NCBI GenBank assembly: GCA_025449535.1
Contig: JANWJF010000001.1
Location: forward strand, 138,847-202,846
Source of the DNA: Candidatus Saccharimonadia bacterium
Lineage (GTDB): Bacteria; Patescibacteriota; SICC01
Direction: 5' to 3'
Length of the DNA: 64,000 nt
Positions 1-8,701 of this stretch are shown here, piece by piece (position 1 is the stretch's first letter; every line of letters starts with the position of its first letter). The notes under the pieces were generated by a model. That model ran no database searches, had not been told where the DNA came from, and saw only the letters and a list, made by a program, of their open reading frames with translations. The position numbers and the translations under genes are program-made.

Positions 1-239
1 GGGGCCTGCTGCGCCCGGGCGCGTGCGTTCCGATGACGCAGTTCGTCCAATTTCCGCTGTTCCTCGTCGGACAGCCGCCGCTGTTTCGACTGGGCCGCCT
101 GGGACAGGTCCTGCCCGCGTTGCTGCGCCTGGGCGCCGGCCGCCTGCGAGGACGGCTTCTGCGCCTGGGCGCCGAACAGCTGCGACTGATGCCGCTGCTG
201 GGCCTGCCTGAGCTTCGCCTTTTTGCTTGGTTCGTTCAT
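1..239 (-). CDS. hypothetical Gln/Ala-rich protein, 5' part only (continues past window start)
   Basis: ATG near 239 on minus strand, stop-free frame to position 1 (MNEPSKKAKLRQAQQRHQSQ...); consensus promoter immediately upstream; absent from ORF track because partial; competing + strand ORF 33..299 judged less likely. Confidence 0.3.
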   Translation of the reverse strand, partial: MNEPSKKAKLRQAQQRHQSQLFGAQAQKPSSQAAGAQAQQRGQDLSQAAQSKQRRLSDEEQRKLDELRHRNARARAQQA

Positions 240-278
240 GCGTGGGGAATATCGATACGTTTTACTGAAATTCGAAAA

Positions 279-307
279 ATTATAGCACTATTATGCTAAA
301 AAGTCAA
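279..307 (-). promoter_or_regulatory. sigma70-type promoter, TTGACT-17 bp-TATAAT read on minus strand
   Basis: + strand agtcaa (302-307) and attata (279-284) with 17-nt spacer in an AT-rich gap, about 40 nt upstream of the minus-strand ATG at 239. Confidence 0.4.
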
Positions 308-362
308 CACCAAAGGACCTTCCAGCGTAGCAATGGAGGGGCATCGGCTTCAAGCGAGCGGC

Positions 363-752
363 TTAGGCCTGGGAGTCCCAGTACCCGTCGATCAGCGCCA
401 CGTCCGTCTTATCCTTGTCCCGGCCCTTGCGGACCTTCCATTCCCGCACGCGGCGCAGCCCGGCGTATGGGATACCTTCGATCACCTGCTCCCGCTCTTT
501 GAGGGCAGGCAGGTTCGGCCGGAAGTCCGGCTCGTCCCAAGTCAGGAACGCCTCCACCGGGCCGTGCGTCAGCATCGGGATGTCCAGGTCCGGATGGCGT
601 CCCTCCTGCCAATCGCCCATCCCCTGCAGATGCTCGAACAACGCCTCGCTGACGACCAGGTCGATGTCGTTCGCCGGGCGGAGGCCGAGCGCATCCAGGA
701 TGCCGCCGGCCACCACGACGTACTCCTCGGGCGGCAGCTCGAGGTCGGTCAA
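363..752 (-). CDS. nucleotidyltransferase-fold hypothetical protein
   Basis: ORF track; motif VVVAGGILDALGLRPANDIDLVV resembles the hG[GS]...DhD signature of minimal nucleotidyltransferases. Confidence 0.5.
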   Translation of the reverse strand: MTDLELPPEEYVVVAGGILDALGLRPANDIDLVVSEALFEHLQGMGDWQEGRHPDLDIPMLTHGPVEAFLTWDEPDFRPNLPALKEREQVIEGIPYAGLRRVREWKVRKGRDKDKTDVALIDGYWDSQA

Positions 753-771
753 CGTGGCGCGGATGTCGATC

Positions 772-2817
772 TTATTGGTAATACCAGACCTTTTTCCCGT
801 CCCGATCGATATAGTAGTACGGATACTTGCCGTTCACCGGCGGCGGGGCCTCCTCCTGCTCGATCGTCCCTTCCGGCACCTGCTGGCCCTGGCTGGCGGT
901 GCCGCGGATGAACCACTCCACCACGCCGCCGCCCAGCGCCCCCACTCCGGCGCCCGACTGGTAGACGTTATCGGGCCGCTTGAAGTCCTCCACCGGCAGG
1001 CCCTCGGAGACGTCCTGCAGGAGCGTGTTCCAGATCGGCGCGGCGCCCTGGACGCCGGAGATGCCCGTCATCGGGGTACCGTCCGAGTTACCCACCCAGA
1101 CGCCGACCACCCGCTGGGGCGTGTAGCCGATCGTCCAGTTGTCCTTGTAGTTGTTGGTGGTCCCGGTCTTCACCGCCGCCGGGCGCGTGAAGTTCAATAC
1201 CGATCCGGACCCGAAGCCCGGGGTGCGCGCCCGGTTATCGGACAGCCATTCGGTGATGATGAACGCGTGGCCCGGGTCGACTACCTTCTTCTTCTCCGGC
1301 TTCCGCTGGTAGAGTACCTCGCCTTTCGGACCCTCGACCTTGGTGACCGTCGCCCGGCCCGGCGTCGACCCGCCGGCCGCCAACACCGAGTACGCGCTGG
1401 TCAGATCGAGTAGCTTCACCTCGCCGCCGCCGAGCACCAGGGAGAGGCCATAGCGGCTCGGGTCATTCAAGGTGCTGATGCCCATCTGGTGCGCCAGGTC
1501 CAGCGTCGGCTCGATTCCCACTTGTTCCATCAGCTCGACCGCCGGCAGGTTCAACGAGCTGGCCAAGGCGTACCGCATGGTGACGTTGCCGCGGAACCGC
1601 CCGTCGTAGTTGCGCGGCGTGAAGTTGCCACCGTAGGTCTTCGGCCGGTCGTGCAGGACATGGTTGGGCGGCTTGCCTTGCCGGAGCGCTTCCAGGTAGA
1701 CGATCGGCTTGAAGGACGAGCCCGGCTGGCGCGGCGAGGTGGCCACGTTGACCTTGCCTTGGATCGACTCGTCCGCGAAGTCGACGCTGCCGACCATCGC
1801 CAGGACCTCCCCGCTCTGCGGGTTCATCACCACCGCCGCCCCGTTGGTGGCGCCGAATCCCCGCACCGCCGCTACCCCGCGGCGGACCTCCTCTTCGGCC
1901 TTGCGCTGCGTGTCCAGGTCCAGTGTGGTGTGGACCTTGAGCCCGCCGGAGTCGACCGTGTTCTCACCGTAGTACTGCGCAAGCTGCTGCTTCACGAAGA
2001 AGACGAAGTGCGGCGCGTCGAAGACCTCCTCTTCCTGGACGTAGGCTAGTTTCTGGGCATAGGCTTCCTTGGCCTGCCCGGCCGTGACGTACCCGAGCTC
2101 CTCCATCCGGTCGAGTACGTACTTCTGGCGCTGCTTAGCCAGGTCCGCGCGGCCACCGAGCGGTGAGTAGACCGACGGCGCGCTTGGCAACCCCGCCAGC
2201 ATCGCCGCCTCACCCAGCGTCAGCTCCTCCACGTCCTTGCCGAAGTACGTCCGGGCCGCATCCCCGATGCCATAGCTCTGCTGGCCGTAGTAGACCTCGT
2301 TGAGGTACCGCTCCAGGATCTCGTCCTTGCTGAACCGGTTCTCCAGGATGATCGCGTAGGTCATCTCCCGGAGCTTCCGGCTCGGGGTCCGCTCCGGCGA
2401 CAGGTACGTGTTCTTGATCAGCTGCTGGGTGATCGTCGAGCCGCCCTGTGGCTCCTTGGAGACGTAGGTCTTGTAGAGCGCCCGCCCGAGCGAGTTCGGG
2501 TCGATGCCGCGGTGCTCGTAGAAGTCCGCGTCCTCGGAGGCCAGCGTCGCCAGCACCACGCTGCGCGACACCTCGGGAAGCTTCAGCGGCACCGGCTGAT
2601 GCGCCCCGGCGGTCTGGTACAGCTTCTGGCCGTGCCGGTCATAGAAGACGGTCTGGGTCGGATGGAAGTTCTCCTTGCTGGGCAACTTGAACAGCGGTCC
2701 CGCCGCGTCCGCGAACGCCGCGAACGTCAGGATCGGCGTCAGGAAGCAAAATGCGACGAAGCCGAGGATCAACTTCCACCGGCCGGCCTGTTTGTGGTAC
2801 GAGACGACTTTCTGCAT
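772..2817 (-). CDS. class A penicillin-binding protein (transglycosylase + transpeptidase)
   Basis: N-terminal TM; GT51 motif GGSTITQQLIKN; transpeptidase SSFK, SLN and KTGT motifs. Confidence 0.9.
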   Translation of the reverse strand: MQKVVSYHKQAGRWKLILGFVAFCFLTPILTFAAFADAAGPLFKLPSKENFHPTQTVFYDRHGQKLYQTAGAHQPVPLKLPEVSRSVVLATLASEDADFYEHRGIDPNSLGRALYKTYVSKEPQGGSTITQQLIKNTYLSPERTPSRKLREMTYAIILENRFSKDEILERYLNEVYYGQQSYGIGDAARTYFGKDVEELTLGEAAMLAGLPSAPSVYSPLGGRADLAKQRQKYVLDRMEELGYVTAGQAKEAYAQKLAYVQEEEVFDAPHFVFFVKQQLAQYYGENTVDSGGLKVHTTLDLDTQRKAEEEVRRGVAAVRGFGATNGAAVVMNPQSGEVLAMVGSVDFADESIQGKVNVATSPRQPGSSFKPIVYLEALRQGKPPNHVLHDRPKTYGGNFTPRNYDGRFRGNVTMRYALASSLNLPAVELMEQVGIEPTLDLAHQMGISTLNDPSRYGLSLVLGGGEVKLLDLTSAYSVLAAGGSTPGRATVTKVEGPKGEVLYQRKPEKKKVVDPGHAFIITEWLSDNRARTPGFGSGSVLNFTRPAAVKTGTTNNYKDNWTIGYTPQRVVGVWVGNSDGTPMTGISGVQGAAPIWNTLLQDVSEGLPVEDFKRPDNVYQSGAGVGALGGGVVEWFIRGTASQGQQVPEGTIEQEEAPPPVNGKYPYYYIDRDGKKVWYYQ

Positions 2818-2866
2818 GCCCGTCTATCATAACGGGCCGTGACTTCGTTAGTCTCCCTCAAAGAGT

Positions 2867-3568
2867 TCAGGTCCCTGCTTCGATCGGCACCATTTCGAAT
2901 TCCCCATTGGCCTGGTTATCCACGACCCACCGAACTTGCTTCTCCACGAACGGCACCATGTTCCGAAGTTCCGGAAGTTCCCGTTCCTGTTCAAGACAAT
3001 ATTCCCTGACTAAGTATAAGAACTCGCTGGCGAAAGCGTTGCTGACGTTCGTCACGCCTTCAAAGTCTATAACTGTGAGCGGCAGTTCGCCGGCTCGTTC
3101 ATAGTCGGTGAACACCACCCGGGCACGCTCCCGGGTCGAGAAGATCCGGTTCTTCTCCGCAAGCCGGACATGACCGCGCGGCGGCGGCTCCGCTTCCGGA
3201 TCCCTCTGCAACTCCTGGAGCAGTTCCGTCGTCAGGTCGGAGCAGCCGATCAGTAGCGAGCGTTCTGGGTCGTCGCGACATTCGAATACCAGGGCGACCT
3301 GCTGTCCCCGCACCTCCAGGATGGTCAACCGGTCGGCGACTGGCGGCAGAACGATGCCTTGCTCCGCCAGGTCGCGTGAACGGATAACAGGCTCCACTGT
3401 ACCCATCCGCTCACCGTATCCGAGATAATTCAGGACGGTTTTGAAGAAAATCTCCGTCTCCTCCGACACTTTCGACCGCTCCACGACGCAGACAAGGTTC
3501 AAGGTCGGGGCCGCTTCCTTGTCCACCGCCTGGATCTCGCGGACATTCCTGAATTCTCTTTCCCACAT
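2867..3568 (-). CDS. hypothetical protein, possible STAS-like C-terminal domain
   Basis: ORF track; C-terminal segment LTVIDFEGVTNVSNAFASEFL resembles STAS-like domains; no catalytic motif recognised. Confidence 0.4.
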   Translation of the reverse strand: MWEREFRNVREIQAVDKEAAPTLNLVCVVERSKVSEETEIFFKTVLNYLGYGERMGTVEPVIRSRDLAEQGIVLPPVADRLTILEVRGQQVALVFECRDDPERSLLIGCSDLTTELLQELQRDPEAEPPPRGHVRLAEKNRIFSTRERARVVFTDYERAGELPLTVIDFEGVTNVSNAFASEFLYLVREYCLEQERELPELRNMVPFVEKQVRWVVDNQANGEFEMVPIEAGT

Positions 3569-3598
3569 AACCAGCCACTATAGCACTTAGGGGAGCGC

Positions 3599-5902
3599 TC
3601 AGACCGTCGCTTCTTCGGTGACCGGCTCGCCGGTCCAGCCGCACTCGACGCAGGTCGGGATCTGGTCACGACCTTTGATCACTACCAGCTTGCCGCATTC
3701 CTTGCAGGGTTCCTTGATCGGCTTCTGGCCGACCAGGAACTTGCAATCCGGGTACTTGGTGCAGCCGTAGAACGTCCGGCCCTGCTTGGACTTCCGTTCG
3801 GCCAGCTCACCCTTGCCGCACTCCGGGCACTTCACGCCGGTCGACTTCACGAACGGCTTGGTGCCCTTGCAGTCCGGATACTTGGTGCAGCCGAAGAAGA
3901 CGCCGAACCGGCCGCGCTTCACCGCCATCGGCGAACCGCATTTGTCGCACTGCTCGTCCTTGGCCTGTTCCTCGGCCGCCTTGGTCTCGGCCTGCTCCTC
4001 TTCGAGCGGCGCCGTGTGCTTGCACTCCGGGTACCGGCTACAGGCGTAGAACTGTCCGCCGAACCGGGAAAGCTTCTTCATCAGGTGTCCGCCGTGCTCC
4101 TTGCCGCACTCCGGGCACAGCTTGTCGGTCTTCTCGTGCGCGACGTCCTCCTTCTTGAGCTCGCCGTCCTTCTTGTCGACCAACGCCTTGAACGGACCCC
4201 ACCACTGCTTGAGCAGCGGGACGCGCTCTTCCTTCCCTTCCGCGACCTCGTCGAGCTCGTCCTCAAGCTCCGAGGTGAACTGGTAGTCCACGTACTTGGA
4301 GAAGTGGTTCGTGAGCAGGTCGCTGACGATCATGCCGACCGCCTCCGGAAAGAACCGGCGCTGCTCGACCCGGGCGTACTTCCGGTCCTGCAGCGTCGAG
4401 ATGATGCTGGCATAGGTGGACGGTCGGCCGATGCCGTATTCCTCGAGCGTCTTCACGAGCGTCGCCTCGGTGAAGCGCGGCGGCGGCTGAGTCTCGTGCC
4501 GTTCCGAGCCCGCCTTCAGCAGTTCCAGCAGATCGCCTTCGGCCAGCTTCGGCAGCAGGTTCTCGGTGTCCTCACCTACGCCGTCGTCGGTACCCTCGAG
4601 ATAAAGCTTGATGAACCCCGGAAACTTTACCTGCGAGCCGGTCGCCTTGAGGACCGCCTCGCCGTCCTGGCCGGCCTTCATCCGGGCGGACGTCTGCAGG
4701 AAGATCGCCTCCTCCATCTGCGAGGCCATCGCCCGTTTGTAGACCAGGCTGTAGAGCTTAAGTTGGTCGGCCGTCAGCTTCTTGGCCATCGAATCCGGCG
4801 TCCGCACGAAGCTGGTCGGCCGGACCGCCTCGTGCGCCTCCTGGGCGCCCTTAGACTTCACCTTGTAGCGGCGCGGCTCCGGCGGCAGGTATTCCTTGCC
4901 GTAGTTCTTCCCGATGACCTCGCGCGCCTCGGCCAGGGCGCTGTTGGCCATGTTCACGGAGTCGGTACGCATGTAGGTGATCAATCCGGTGCGGTCGCCG
5001 CCGCCGGTGTCGATGCCCTCGTAGAGCTGCTGGGCGGTGCGCATCGTGCGCCGGGCCGCGAAGCCGAGCTTCCGCGACGCCTCCTGCTGGAGCGTCGAGG
5101 TCGTGAACGGCGGCGCCGGGCGGCGCTTGCGCTCCTTCTCCTCGACCGACTCCACCATGACCGGATGCTTGAGCAGCTCTTCGGCCAGTTCCTTAGCCCG
5201 CTCGTCCGTCAGATCGAACTGCTTGAGCTTGTTACCGCGGTCCTCGGCCAGCTGCGCCTTGAACGTCGCGAGCTTCTCGTCCGGTTCCTTGGGCTGCTTG
5301 AGTTCGGCGTCCAGCGTCCAGTACGGCTTCGGCTTGAACGCGTCAATCTCCCGCTCGCGCTCGACGATCAGCCGCAGCGCCACGGATTGCACGCGTCCGG
5401 CGGAGAGGCCGTAGCGGATCTTCCGCCAGAGTAGCGGCGAAAGCGTGAAGCCGTACAGGTAATCGAGGCTCTGGCGCGCTTCCTGGGCGGAGACCAGCTG
5501 GCGGTCGACCTGCTGGGGATCCTTGATCGCGTCCTGGATCGCGCCCTTGGTGATCTCACCGAACGTGATCCGTCCGACCTGCTTGTCACCCAAGTCCTTC
5601 CCGATCAACTCGGTGAGATGCCAGGCGATCGACTCCCCTTCGCGGTCAAGGTCGGTGGCGAGCAGAAGCGAGTCCGCGCCCTTGAGCGCCTTCTTGATCG
5701 CGGCGATGTGCTTCTTGCTGTCCGGGATCGCCTCGTACTTGGGCTCGAAATCGTTGTCGACATCGACCGAGCCGTCTTTGCGCGGAAGTTGGCGGACGTG
5801 TCCGTAACTTGCCAGCACGGTATACCCTGGGCCGAGGTACCGCTCGATGGTCCGGGCCTTGGCCGGCGACTCGACGATGACTAACGTTTTCGCGTTCGGC
5901 AT
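3599..5902 (-). CDS. topA: DNA topoisomerase I
   Basis: N-terminal TOPRIM (LVIVESPAKA), type IA core, C-terminal CxxC zinc-ribbon repeats (CPECGK, CTKYPDCK). Confidence 0.95.
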   Translation of the reverse strand: MPNAKTLVIVESPAKARTIERYLGPGYTVLASYGHVRQLPRKDGSVDVDNDFEPKYEAIPDSKKHIAAIKKALKGADSLLLATDLDREGESIAWHLTELIGKDLGDKQVGRITFGEITKGAIQDAIKDPQQVDRQLVSAQEARQSLDYLYGFTLSPLLWRKIRYGLSAGRVQSVALRLIVEREREIDAFKPKPYWTLDAELKQPKEPDEKLATFKAQLAEDRGNKLKQFDLTDERAKELAEELLKHPVMVESVEEKERKRRPAPPFTTSTLQQEASRKLGFAARRTMRTAQQLYEGIDTGGGDRTGLITYMRTDSVNMANSALAEAREVIGKNYGKEYLPPEPRRYKVKSKGAQEAHEAVRPTSFVRTPDSMAKKLTADQLKLYSLVYKRAMASQMEEAIFLQTSARMKAGQDGEAVLKATGSQVKFPGFIKLYLEGTDDGVGEDTENLLPKLAEGDLLELLKAGSERHETQPPPRFTEATLVKTLEEYGIGRPSTYASIISTLQDRKYARVEQRRFFPEAVGMIVSDLLTNHFSKYVDYQFTSELEDELDEVAEGKEERVPLLKQWWGPFKALVDKKDGELKKEDVAHEKTDKLCPECGKEHGGHLMKKLSRFGGQFYACSRYPECKHTAPLEEEQAETKAAEEQAKDEQCDKCGSPMAVKRGRFGVFFGCTKYPDCKGTKPFVKSTGVKCPECGKGELAERKSKQGRTFYGCTKYPDCKFLVGQKPIKEPCKECGKLVVIKGRDQIPTCVECGWTGEPVTEEATV

Positions 5903-6093
5903 ACGTTGCCTAGGTATACGCTACCGAAGCAAGGTTTGGCAAGTCATGGAGCCGGCCTTAGTCATTTTGAAATTGCATAAAAATAGCTTTACAAAGGCAT
6001 TTTTTGTGTTATTATTGACCTCCTTAACATCTCATTCTTCTGGTTTCTCGTTTTCAACCGCAGTTACCTGTCTCCCGACCGAAGGAGTAAAGG

Positions 6094-6819
6094 ATGCGCA
6101 CGAGTACCATAGTTGCCCTAGTTGCAGCCGTCGTGCTTTTCTTCACTGGCCTTGCGCTGATGAAGAACGGCGACAAGCCGACGGAGCCCAATCAACAACA
6201 ACCGCAAAGCGGTAAGGAGCACGAACTGAGGCCTCACGCCATTAAGTTCACCCGCTGCCATGCGACCAAGCTCCGTCCGTGCGGTAGTACGTACCCGCTC
6301 GAAACCTCCGGATGGCTAGAGGTCTCTACCGAGTACCGCTGTCCGGACCACGCCAAGCCATGCGTCTACGCGATCGGTCCGTACTACACCATGTCGACCG
6401 CGGAACGGCACCGGTTCGACCGAAATCCGTGCGCCGTGGTCGCCAACGCAGCCCGGGTCGGCTTCGAACGGAACGGGTTCACGGTCCGGATTCCTAAGTG
6501 CGTCAACGCCCGCGGGCATGCGTTCATGAATGCCACGAACGGCCTGACGCGTAGCCAAGAACCAGCACCCACCCCGTGGGCCGTACCCGCACCCCCGCCG
6601 CTCCGGATTGAACCGGGCTACCGCTTTGGACCGCTCACCGTGGTTCGACGCTGTAAACCGCACCCTGACAGCAAGCTCTGCTTGGTACTCAGGATTGTTG
6701 AGCCAGTGGCTTCAGCCAAAGAGCTCAGCAATTTCGACCGGAATCCGTGCAACGTCGTATTCGAACATGTCGGGGGAGCTTGTCGCTCGTACGAGCGCCT
6801 CGCCGTCCTGAACATGTAA
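6094..6819 (+). CDS. secreted Cys-containing hypothetical protein with duplicated FDRNPC motif
   Basis: signal peptide/TM (MRTSTIVALVAAVVLFFTGLALM); AGGAG Shine-Dalgarno 7 nt upstream of ATG; internal repeat HRFDRNPCAVV / SNFDRNPCNVV. Confidence 0.6.
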   Translation: MRTSTIVALVAAVVLFFTGLALMKNGDKPTEPNQQQPQSGKEHELRPHAIKFTRCHATKLRPCGSTYPLETSGWLEVSTEYRCPDHAKPCVYAIGPYYTMSTAERHRFDRNPCAVVANAARVGFERNGFTVRIPKCVNARGHAFMNATNGLTRSQEPAPTPWAVPAPPPLRIEPGYRFGPLTVVRRCKPHPDSKLCLVLRIVEPVASAKELSNFDRNPCNVVFEHVGGACRSYERLAVLNM

Positions 6820-6946
6820 TCCACCGACCATCCTTTGCTTCACCACCCCACACCTTGCCTGGTCAGCAAGCCCCTCCGAAAGGAGTCGGGAAAAGTGTGG
6901 GGTGTTAGTTTTGGAAAACGCTTTAGTTAAGGAAGAATATAGCTAG

Positions 6947-6973
6947 TTGACAACATGTATACATATGTATACT
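6947..6973 (+). promoter_or_regulatory. candidate lexA promoter (TTGACA ... TATACT) with overlapping perfect 16-bp palindrome GTATACATATGTATAC (6957-6972)
   Basis: palindrome verified as its own reverse complement; lies between -35-like and -10-like hexamers about 90 bp upstream of lexA ATG. Confidence 0.45.
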
Positions 6974-7062
6974 ATCTAACTGCGCTCCCTCCTCCCAGCC
7001 CTTTCCAGGCTCGAAAACGAAAATGAGAAAGGGCTGGGCGCGCTCCCTAACCAAAGGACATT

Positions 7063-7695
7063 ATGAGCAACGAAGAACTTTCACCACGTCAACGTCAGAC
7101 GTTCGACGTGATCCAGAAACATATCAAGGACCACGGCCTGCCGCCCACGATCCGCGAGATCATGGCGGAACTTAAGGTTAACTACCCGCGCGGCGTGCAG
7201 CGGCACCTCGAAGCGCTCGAGAAGAAAGGGTATATTACCCGCGACTCGCGCAGCCGCGGCATCACCATCGCGGACAAGTTCCGCCAGGTGGCCGCGGACC
7301 TATCGGACGCCATCGTGAAGATTCCCCTGCTCGGCCGGATCCCGGCCGGCGGGCCGATGCTGGCCGAGGAAAACGTCGAGGACTGGGTGACGCTCCCGAC
7401 CGACCTCACCAAGGGCAAGCGGGACGTCTTCATCCTGCGTGCCCAGGGCGAATCGATGATTGGCGCCGGCATCTTCGACGGCGACCTCCTGATCTGTCAG
7501 CCCGTCGACCAAGCTGAGAATGGCGATATCGTGGCTGCGCTGATCGGTGAAGACGCCACGGTCAAACGGTTGGTAAAGCGCCGTGACGCGACGTACCTGA
7601 AGCCTGAGAATCCCAAGTACGAGAACATCTACCCCGATCAGGAGTGGAAGGTCCAAGGCAAGGTAATGGCGGTCGTCAGGTCGAACGTGCGCTGA
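7063..7695 (+). CDS. lexA: LexA repressor (S24 peptidase)
   Basis: N-terminal winged-helix region, C-terminal S24 domain with Ser (GESM) and Lys (VKR) in the expected spacing. Confidence 0.95.
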   Translation: MSNEELSPRQRQTFDVIQKHIKDHGLPPTIREIMAELKVNYPRGVQRHLEALEKKGYITRDSRSRGITIADKFRQVAADLSDAIVKIPLLGRIPAGGPMLAEENVEDWVTLPTDLTKGKRDVFILRAQGESMIGAGIFDGDLLICQPVDQAENGDIVAALIGEDATVKRLVKRRDATYLKPENPKYENIYPDQEWKVQGKVMAVVRSNVR

Positions 7696-7696
7696 G

Positions 7697-7858
7697 ATGA
7701 TGCGCTACGCCCCGGTACCGATCGACGAACGCGCGGCCCGGACCGCCCAACGTCGGATGGCCTATCGAGCCCCTGTCCGGAACGTCGACTCCACGCTCTG
7801 GGCCGGCATCTTGTTCTGGTTCGGATTCGCCGCGCTGGCGGTCATCGCCGGCCTTTAG
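7697..7858 (+). CDS. 53-aa small membrane protein, translationally coupled to lexA
   Basis: ATG one nt after lexA TGA (TGAgATG); translated by hand MMRYAPVPIDERAARTAQRRMAYRAPVRNVDSTLWAGILFWFGFAALAVIAGL; Arg-rich N-terminus plus one C-terminal TM; below ORF-track size cutoff. Confidence 0.35.
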   Translation: MMRYAPVPIDERAARTAQRRMAYRAPVRNVDSTLWAGILFWFGFAALAVIAGL

Positions 7859-8670
7859 CCGAGCACGTAATACCGGTCGCCGAGGTGTCGCACGGCGCCG
7901 GCCAGTTCCAGTTTGACCAGTTCCGCCTCGACCTCGTGCGGAGTCTTGCCTGATCGCACGACGAGTTCATCGAAGTGCGTCGCAGCGTCGGACAACAAGG
8001 CGGCCAGTCCGCTCCGGGCGGAAGCCGGGCTCCGGATGCCGTACGTCTCCAGGAACCGCTCGATGGAGACTAATGGCGTCGCGCCGTCTTCGAGCAGCCA
8101 GTTCGTCCCGAGGCTTTGCGGCGAGTCGATCGGACCGGGTACGGCCCAGATATCCCGGCCCTGCTCGCCGGCATGCCGGGCGGTAATCAGCGTGCCGGAC
8201 GGACGCGAGGCTTCGACCACCACGACCGCCCGAGCCAGGCCGGAGATCAGGCGGTTCCGGGCCTCGTAGTGATACCGCCGGGATGGCGTTCCCATAGGGT
8301 ACTCGGACAGCAAAGCGCCTTGCTTCGCGATTCGGTTCGCCAGTCGTACGTTGCTGCGAGGCGAGATGTCCTCGTCGGACAGGCCGGTCGGCAGCACGGC
8401 CACGCACCGTCCGCCAGCATCCAAGGCGGCGGTGTGGGCGACCGTGTCCACGCCGAAGGCCAAGCCGGAGATTACCGGTACACCGGCGGAGGCGACCCGC
8501 CCAGCCAGCTGGGAAGCGATGCGACGGCCATAGGAGGTCGGCCGGCGACTACCGACGATGGCGATTCCCTCGCCGGGAGGCGGCGTTCCGCGTACCCATA
8601 GCCTGCCCGGCGGCACCGGTATATCCCGAAGCACGGTCGGTATCGGCCATTCCTTTGTGGTAGCTTGCAT
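7855..8670 (-). CDS. dprA: DNA processing protein DprA/Smf
   Basis: Rossmann-like DprA core (IVGSRRPTSYG, GLAFGVDTVAH). Confidence 0.85.
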   Translation of the reverse strand: MQATTKEWPIPTVLRDIPVPPGRLWVRGTPPPGEGIAIVGSRRPTSYGRRIASQLAGRVASAGVPVISGLAFGVDTVAHTAALDAGGRCVAVLPTGLSDEDISPRSNVRLANRIAKQGALLSEYPMGTPSRRYHYEARNRLISGLARAVVVVEASRPSGTLITARHAGEQGRDIWAVPGPIDSPQSLGTNWLLEDGATPLVSIERFLETYGIRSPASARSGLAALLSDAATHFDELVVRSGKTPHEVEAELVKLELAGAVRHLGDRYYVLG

Positions 8671-8701
8671 ACTTCATAGTATAGCAAGCAACTGCTCGGA
8701 T

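Noticed and set aside
33-299. 88-aa + strand ORF at window start
   Set aside because: Overlaps the promoter and start of the better-supported minus-strand ORF; its 3' end runs through the AT-rich promoter patch; no motif.
4016-5434. 472-aa + strand ORF
   Set aside because: Lies fully antisense to topA; Arg/Leu-rich composition typical of spurious open frames in high-GC DNA.
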